Source: Paraspadella gotoi | Taxonomy: Eukaryota; Animalia; Chaetognatha | Reading direction: 5' to 3' | DNA: 64,000 nucleotides | Assembly: GCA_051294375.1 (NCBI GenBank) | Contig: CM119264.1 | Span: forward strand, 11,507,832-11,571,831 | Shown here: positions 53,620 to 64,000 of the stretch, one piece after another | Layout of the letters: the number at the start of each line of letters is the position of its first letter | Position numbering within the stretch: position 1 is the stretch's first letter | Made by a program: the position numbers and the translations under genes | The notes under the pieces: model-generated | What the model was told of the DNA's origin: nothing | What the model saw: only the letters and a program-made list of their open reading frames with translations | Database searches by the model: none

Positions 53620-53880
53620 CGATTGACTTGATTGATTAATTGATAGATTGATATTATTATATATATTATTGATCAATTAATTAACTAATTAATAAATAAA
53701 TTGATTGATTGAATAATTAATTAATTGATAAAGAAAATTGATTGATTGATTAATTGACTGATTAATTAATAATTAATTAATAGATAAATAAATTGACTGA
53801 TTTATTAATTGATTGATTAATTAATTATTGATTAATTAATTGATTAATTAACTGATTAATTATTTGATTAATTAATACAT
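53620..53880. repeat. AT-rich degenerate (ATTA/ATTG)n low-complexity tract
   Basis: Directly visible. Confidence 0.9.
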
Positions 53881-53939
53881 CTTGCATTTACATTTAATAT
53901 AAAAAGAAAAAGAAGCATAATCAATTAGTGAAACAGGTT

Positions 53940-54347
53940 TTTTTTGTTTTTTCCATTTAAACTCATTTCCCATCAGACGATTCTATCTAAACTTTATTTC
54001 CAGCTTAATCAGACACTTTCCTACCCACATACAAAATTTCAAGTCAATCGCCCCATCCACTCATGAGTAATTGACATTCAAATAGTGAAATAGATTGTTT
54101 TGTTTTTTCCATTTAAACTGCCAATTCATCCATCCAATCACAAGTAATTATAATTTTTTGCTAAGGTGGGACGGACGGAAGGACAGACAGACAGACAAAC
54201 GGACGGATAAACATCATTTTTTTGTATAATTTATCATAATTCGATGTTCTGATATGATATAAGTGAATGCCCGACAAGACTGAGGGGGCGGACCGACGTA
54301 CCGACAAAGTGAGTCGGAATCTGCTGATAAGCAGATGCGACTAAAAA
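53940..54347 (+). mobile_element. HINE/DINE-1-like non-autonomous element
   Basis: Core shared with 10115-10690(-), internal (gacg/gaca)n tetranucleotide tract, 3' hairpin (atctgct-gata-agcagat) followed by ctaaaaa. Related ends at 28620-28938. Confidence 0.6.
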
Positions 54348-55065
54348 GTTACTTGAAGAGTGATTTTTGTTAAAATGAGTTTAGTTTGTTAATTCCAGGT
54401 TCTTTCCTTTCATATTTTTTGCATTGAATCAGGATTCAGGAATTTTTCTTTCTACCAGTGAATGACTGACAGACTTTCTATAAATTTGTGTATATTAGTG
54501 TATATATCGTATAGAGTATAACTATTAACTATCAAATAACAAGCTCGTAAAAAATCTGTAACTTACAAGTTCAAAACAAAAGCACCACGGATTCGATTTT
54601 CAGGGACAAGTTGTTTATTTATTTTTTTTAAAGGCACAAAATATCTCATACAGACAAATGGGAAACGAAATGCGAGAGCATTTACAAAAACAACCGAAAA
54701 AAAAAATCATACATATTTACAAGAAACGTAGCGAACTAATCACCCAGAGCCCCGGGCTAAAATCTAACTTGGAAAAAGTCATGATGAAAAAAAAAAGCAT
54801 GAAAGAAGGGAATTTTAAAATCGCGCGAAAATGTTAAGCCAGTCGGGGATAATGCTTTCTTTCTTCATATCGACCTAGAGATCTTTTTTAATTTTTTTTT
54901 TCTAATCTAGAAACGATACTGATTTTACACGAAGGATATGGTGTTCGACTGCAGTCTCGGGATAATGTTAGTTTTTTGTTCTATTGTGTAAGGAAAATGG
55001 AGAGAGCGGAATCGAGTGTTGGATGGGACAAATCTGAACAAGGAGGCTGGGGGGGGGTCGGTTTC

Positions 55066-57905
<2,840 letters not shown>

Positions 57906-57924
57906 TCAACTTTCGTAATTTCTA

Positions 57925-58312
57925 CAGTGTGTCCCAATGGTACTGTCGGTTGACTAACTTGGCGAAATCATTTCGTTTGAAAATTGAGTATTTAAATTTT
58001 TTGATACATACATATTTTTTATCAATGCACAGATTTCATACGAAACTAAATTTGATCCTTTCATATGAATTTAGAATATTTATGACATAATTTTAAAATA
58101 CAAAAATTGTTCTAAAAGTTAAAGAGATGAAAAACTTAGACTCATTTTAATTGAATGTTTTGGAAAAAAAATATTATAAAAATTGAATTCAAAATACATG
58201 ATCATAAATGGTGAGAACTTATCTCTGACATCGTTGTCTCAGAAAGACGATTTAACAACAGAGTTCCGTAAGATATGTAAAAGTAAACAGACAGCACCAT
58301 TGGGACACACCG
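57925..58312. mobile_element. Tc1/mariner-type MITE with TA TSD
   Basis: TA|CAGTGTGTCCCAATGGTACTGTCGGTTGACT ... AGTAAACAGACAGCACCATTGGGACACACCG|TA; ~31-bp imperfect TIRs. Confidence 0.85.
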
Positions 58313-59033
58313 TAATTTTTAACTTTTGTAAATTCAAAATAAAATCCTTCAATTAATAACAAAAACAGCTTAGGCGTCACGAACTGAGCTTTATGATTAA
58401 TTAATTTTTTCGTGGGCGCGCACGCTATTCATAAATGAATAAATAAACCTTTAAGCTCCTGCTAAGTGCTCTATTATGGGTTAACTATTACGCGAACCCC
58501 AAGCCAATGTATGAGAGTATGATCTAATTCATATTATCATTTATTTGAATTAACACTTTTATAATCTAAATTTATACGATAATAATTTAATTCAGTTCCA
58601 TTCACACATTATTCGCTGCTCCATCGTTTAAAAAAGGAGCTGCGAATTACATTAAGATAATTTGCTCTTTTCTAAGGTCAACGTTTCCCTCGGGCCCGAC
58701 GCATTCCCAAAGGCGAGAAAGATGATTGATGGAATTTGGTGAAGAGAGACGAAAGGAGAAGGACGAATTAAGAAACGCCATAACTTAAGGGGAAAATGGT
58801 TATAGAGGGTCGCGGGGTGCGGGCGGAGGAAGGGGCCGCGGGAAAGGGTGAGATGAAGAGAGCAAATCTTTTGAAGGTTTTAGGGGTCGAAAAAAGGGGT
58901 AAGAATTTTCTGATTTTCGAGGCAAAAAAAAAAAAAGATCCGTCAGGGTAGCTTTATGGAGCGTGAAATTTTCTAGGATTTGAGCCTGCTCGATTTTTCA
59001 ACGGGAAGTAGAACAGTCTCGGTCTCAATCTCA

Positions 59034-59101
<68 letters not shown>

Positions 59102-59650
59102 CTTGATCATTTTTTGATTTCTGAATCATTTGAGACGGCGAAGATGGGAGATGGAAACCGAAAAATCGAGGATTAGAATCTCATTTTCTCCTCAAAGAAA
59201 AAAAAGGAGACGAAACAAGAAGAGAACGAAGCCGAGGAAGAAGGAGAATGAGGAGGAGGAAAGGAGGAGAAGAGGACGAGGAGACTAAAAGGAGGAAAAT
59301 GACTGGAGGTTAAAAAGGAAAGACGCTTAAGTCACGATTTGGATCCGTGAGGTGAGAAAAGGGAAAAAAAGAAAAATGAAAAGAGGAAGATGTGAGTGAA
59401 AGACGATGAAGGGCAAATTATGGAGAAAGGAAGAAAGGAAAGATAAGGCTAAACCTTTAATTGGCAGTAAAAAAATGAGAAAGAACCGAGAGAGAGGCCA
59501 ACTAATATGAGCCATTTGAGCTAACGATTGTCAAGGACTTGGGTGAGAACACGGAATTCGTAGAAAACGAGATTTATAAACCTAATCGGGGAAGGAGGAG
59601 GGAGTCCTTATGCGTGAATTAATTTTGCACTAGTAGAGAGAGAAGATGAG

Positions 59651-59716
<66 letters not shown>

Positions 59717-60015
59717 AGAGAGAGAAAAAGTGAAAATTTAAAAAAGGAATAATCGTGGGAACTGTCAAAAAAAGACGAAGGGATAAGGCGAATAAGTGGG
59801 AGGAGAAAGAAGTTGAGAAGGTGAGAGAGAGAAAGACTGAGAAAGAATGAGAGAGAGAGAGAGGAGAGAGAGAGACGAGAGAGACGAGAGAGAAGAGAGA
59901 GCGAGAGAGAGGAGGAGAGAGAGAAGAGAGAGAGAAAGTGAGAGAGCGCAAAAGCTTTTTCCGGCGCCTTCAACTCCTGGGAGACAAGACCTGCGATGAA
60001 AAATGAGCAACTTCA

Positions 60016-60060
<45 letters not shown>

Positions 60061-61225
60061 GTCTTTTTTAACTCCAGCTTTGAACTGAGAGAATCGCTTT
60101 TGAAATCGCTCTCGTCATCGCTCATGACAACGACCTCTCCAATCTTCATTCTCAAATCTCTTTTCGAACACATTCGCTTTTTTTTTCTTAGTTCGAAGAA
60201 ACTCACTTTTTTCTGTCTCCAAGGGATCTTTGCAACAATTTCTATTCATACTCCAATTCTGAAAGCGAATATTTCCCTTTCCCGTGATCATATTAAATTT
60301 AGTCATGTCATCAGTCACTTTCTAATTAGGACCTATATAGTCTTAAAAAATTATCATGTATGTATTACTCTTTGCTCTGTCACCAAATACAGAACACAAA
60401 CACGTCGTCCACGCCGCTACTTTTCCTACACTAACCGACAAGCAGATGGATACAATTCACTCAGTAGAGTCGAACTCTGGCCACTGGTCATTTATAAAGA
60501 CCCCCCCCCAAAAAAAAAGAAAAGCGAAAATAAAAAAAAAATGATTGCGGAGTGAAAAAGTGGATTCGAATTCGATGAAGTCGCTGACCGCGAATCCTAA
60601 TTATCGGAGTCGGCTCCCGGCGTCGCCTCTTCCACCGCCTTTTCGACACCCGGCGTCGGCCGTGTCGGTCGGCGTCCAATTGGCCGACGGCGCCGAAGCC
60701 GACATCTCGCCTCCGCCCCCGCGGTAGACGCCAACTCAGACGTATTCCCTCGGCCGACATAAAAAGGGTAGAAAGCAAGAAGTAGGTTTTTTTTTTGGTG
60801 GGGGGGGCTGCAGCTGAGAAGGAAAGTTGTGAAGACAGATGGGGGGGGGGAAGTATTGGAGCTGGACTAAACGTTAGTTATCCATTTTGGATAAAGCAAC
60901 AACCGCGATAACAAGCACGGCCATCGGTATCGTAACAAGCATTTGGAAACGACGACGACGCAGACCGGGCTCCCCCCGCGTTGGGTCGCCTTAAGGAGGC
61001 GTGGGGCTCGATAGGCGTCGGGTTTTGCGTCCGCGTGGATTTTCTATTTCGTCTCGCCAAATTTATTTCTGTATTTCTTCTGCGTCATTTTCACTTTAAA
61101 TTTTTTTCATTGAGAATTATTATTTATTATTTACGTACTTTTAAAAAAAAGTATCAAGGACGTAATAACTATCCGGTCAACGCGATTTTTTCTGAAGATT
61201 AAATCGCATCCGTCTTGATTGCCTA

Positions 61226-61314
<89 letters not shown>

Positions 61315-62328
61315 TGAATGATCAGAACGTGGCGCGGGTGGCAAAATGTTCCCTTTCGAGGAAACAGAAAAGCGGCAGGAATGATGCGATGGCCTATATA
61401 AGGATGTCAGCTGTCTGCGGATCAATCGAAAATCCCCAACTTTTCAGGAAATTTCTAAGAAAAAAAACGGCGATTGTGAGTTAGATAAGTTTTAAAACAA
61501 AGGCCCAACCTCTGTCAAAGTAAGCCATGTATAACAATTTGCAACGAGAAAAATAAATCAAATTAAATATTAAATAAAAAAAGGAAAGTGACTCGAAAGG
61601 AAATGAGGCGCAAACAAAGTTGCGCCCAGAAGCGGAAACTGACCTTTCGGTCGTCGGCCTTTTTAATCATAAGGAAGTCGAGAACGACATATGAGCGGGT
61701 TGGATCGTGAGGGAGAGAGAGAGAGAGAAAGGGAGGGGAGGATAGAGACAGAGAGAGTGGCGGTGAGGCAAAAGAACAGGGGGTAATAGAGATAAAGAGA
61801 TGATGATTGCTTTATCATCATGCCGATCATATCACGCTTTCTGAATTTTGAGATTCTCTCAAAGTTTAAAGAAGTTGGGAGAATCGGAGAAGCTAGGGGT
61901 GAAAATCTAAAGCATGTGAAAACTAAGGTAAGGGTTTTTTAAGATATTTAGCTAAAAGCGTACAGATTAAATTACAGAGGCTGATGGGGAGTGATGTTGA
62001 GGGGATCAGATCTTCATCATTGAAGGGTAACATTCTCAGCATTAACAGATGAAATCATCAGCATTAAAGGATGAGATCTTCAGCATTTAGGCATTTTACG
62101 ACATGAAAACAATTTTAAATATTGTTTACTGTTACTACTTTATTATCATTATTATTTTCTCTCTCTCTCCCTTCTTTTAAACGCATTTCGCAGACTTATG
62201 CATGTATGGTTTATTTGTTTTCTGTGCTGAATCAACCTTGTTGCATTCGAATAAAAACCGCTTATTTAGGGATGAGATTTTCAGCATTTAGAAATGTGTT
62301 ATCCCAGAGAAAGAGATGAGATATTCTG

Positions 62329-62614
62329 CATTAAGGGATGAGAAATTCAGCATAAAAGGATGAGATCTATAGTATTAAGGTAAGAGATATTTGGCATTAA
62401 GGGATGAGGGATTCAGCATAAAAGGATGAGATCTATAGTATTAAGGTAAGAGATATTTCGCATTAAGGGATGAGAAATTCAGCATAAAAGGATGAGATCT
62501 TTAGTATTAAGGTAAGAGATATTTCGCATTAAGGGATGAGAAATTCAGCATAAAAGGATGAGATCTATAGTATTAAGGTAAGAGATATTTGGCATTAAGG
62601 GATGAGGGATTCAG
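62329..62614. repeat. 66-bp tandem repeat built from three diverged 22-bp monomers, ~4.3 copies
   Basis: Units start at 62329, 62395, 62461, 62527 and 62593: cattaagggatgagaaattcag|cataaaaggatgagatctatag|tattaaggtaagagatatttgg. Confidence 0.92.
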
Positions 62615-64000
62615 AGGCTGAGAAGTTGAAGGAATCAGAGGTGAAGAGATTCTGAGGTCAAATCCGGCGAAATCAAGTCACGTGCGACGGACGAGAGAGA
62701 CGCACCCTCGACTGACTCGAGAATCCCCTTGACGTCTCTCTCTACTCTCATCTTTCTCTGCTTTCTCTCTCTCCTCTCTCTCTTCTTCTCCTCTCGTCTC
62801 CTCTCTCTCTCTCTCTCTCCGCTTCTCTCTCTCTCCTTTCTTTCCTTTTTAATTCCAATTCATTCTCTTCTCTTTATTTTTCAGTTCATTCTTCTTCTTT
62901 TTTTTTCTCCCTCTCTTTCCTTCTTCTCTTTGAACTCCTATTTTTAGCATCAAGATGCGCAACCATTTATATCGGGCTAAAAGTGGGAAAAGTATTGAGC
63001 GGGTGATGAAATGAGGGAATTGAAAAATGATCCTTTTCCCGCGCGAATTCTCACATCAACCAAAAGAAAACAAATGGCTCCTCTCAAACTCCTAAGGCTA
63101 CACAAATTTTTCATGTTAAAATAAGGATTTTTTAAAAAATATATTTTCTTCAGAAAAAAGTTTTTTTTTTAGGATTTCTTTTTAATCTATTAATAATATT
63201 GTCGTTTAGTCTGTTGGTCTTTTAATTTGCCTTTCAGTCGGTCTCTCGTCTGCTCTGAACATATGAAAAGCAAAATTTTAGAAACAGAATATATGTTTGT
63301 TCAATGTTCATGTTAAATATCTTGGCTCTTCATGATCTTCTTAAATCGATTTTTCTCTCAGTCGGAATCTTCATCATCTCATTATTTAACTCTTTGGTAA
63401 ACATTTTACTGCATCGAGCATAACCATCATGTGGGATTATCTCTGTTTTAAGCTACGTTAGATTGCTCCCTATTGCAGCCTATTGTAACTTGGATTGTAT
63501 CGGCAGTTGCATCCTCTTTACTCGCACCCGCTCAATTTTCAATCTGCCATCAACTCCCAAATCGTTTCTCATCTCTCCTAATTCCTCGGCCTATTGAATG
63601 AATCACCCTGTATCCCTCTACCTCATAATTGTCTCAATCGCATTCGATCGCTCTATATCGCTCCTCATTGCTCGCCACCTTACGCCCACTCCGCATCTCC
63701 CTCCAAACTTGTCAGAATCGCTCTCCGTCGCCCTCTTCGTCGCTCTGGATCGCCGCTTCGCATTTTTTTTTGGGGTCTCGAATTCGCTTTGAATTATCCT
63801 AACGAGTCTGACTGGAACAAAAGAGCAGAGGCGCGAGAGGCGCTGCCTCTTTCCGCCGCCAGACGCGATGCGAAACTGAGGCTCATGAATTATTCCCCTC
63901 CTCATTCCCATAATTCTTCTCTGGATGAGAGGGACCCCGTATCAGAGCCCTGAGGTGTCCCCATCTCCGCCCCTCCCTGCTTGATACCATAATTAGGGGA

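Overview
Compact, intron-rich animal (invertebrate-type) genomic DNA with two assembly gaps. Genes recovered by manual splicing: small heat-shock protein exon(s), MARK/Par-1 kinase, LRRFIP1/2, DPY-30, NSF, choline/ethanolamine kinase, an uncharacterised coiled-coil gene, an intronless 21-finger C2H2 gene, UAP1, a bacterial-like PLP decarboxylase with introns, UNC-119 and the 3' part of ARHGAP39. The main unexplained signal is three divergent, covarying copies of a circularly permuted (P5-type) twister ribozyme fold at 4926-5006(-), 22954-23016(-) and 28774-28847(+). Two copies lie directly behind a tRNA-Gly-like head, suggesting a ribozyme-carrying SINE family. Also present: a non-autonomous DIRS1-architecture element in the DPY-30 intron, several MITE/HINE-like elements, and an apparent excess of GC-AG introns. 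All calls are by-eye reading; no searches were run.
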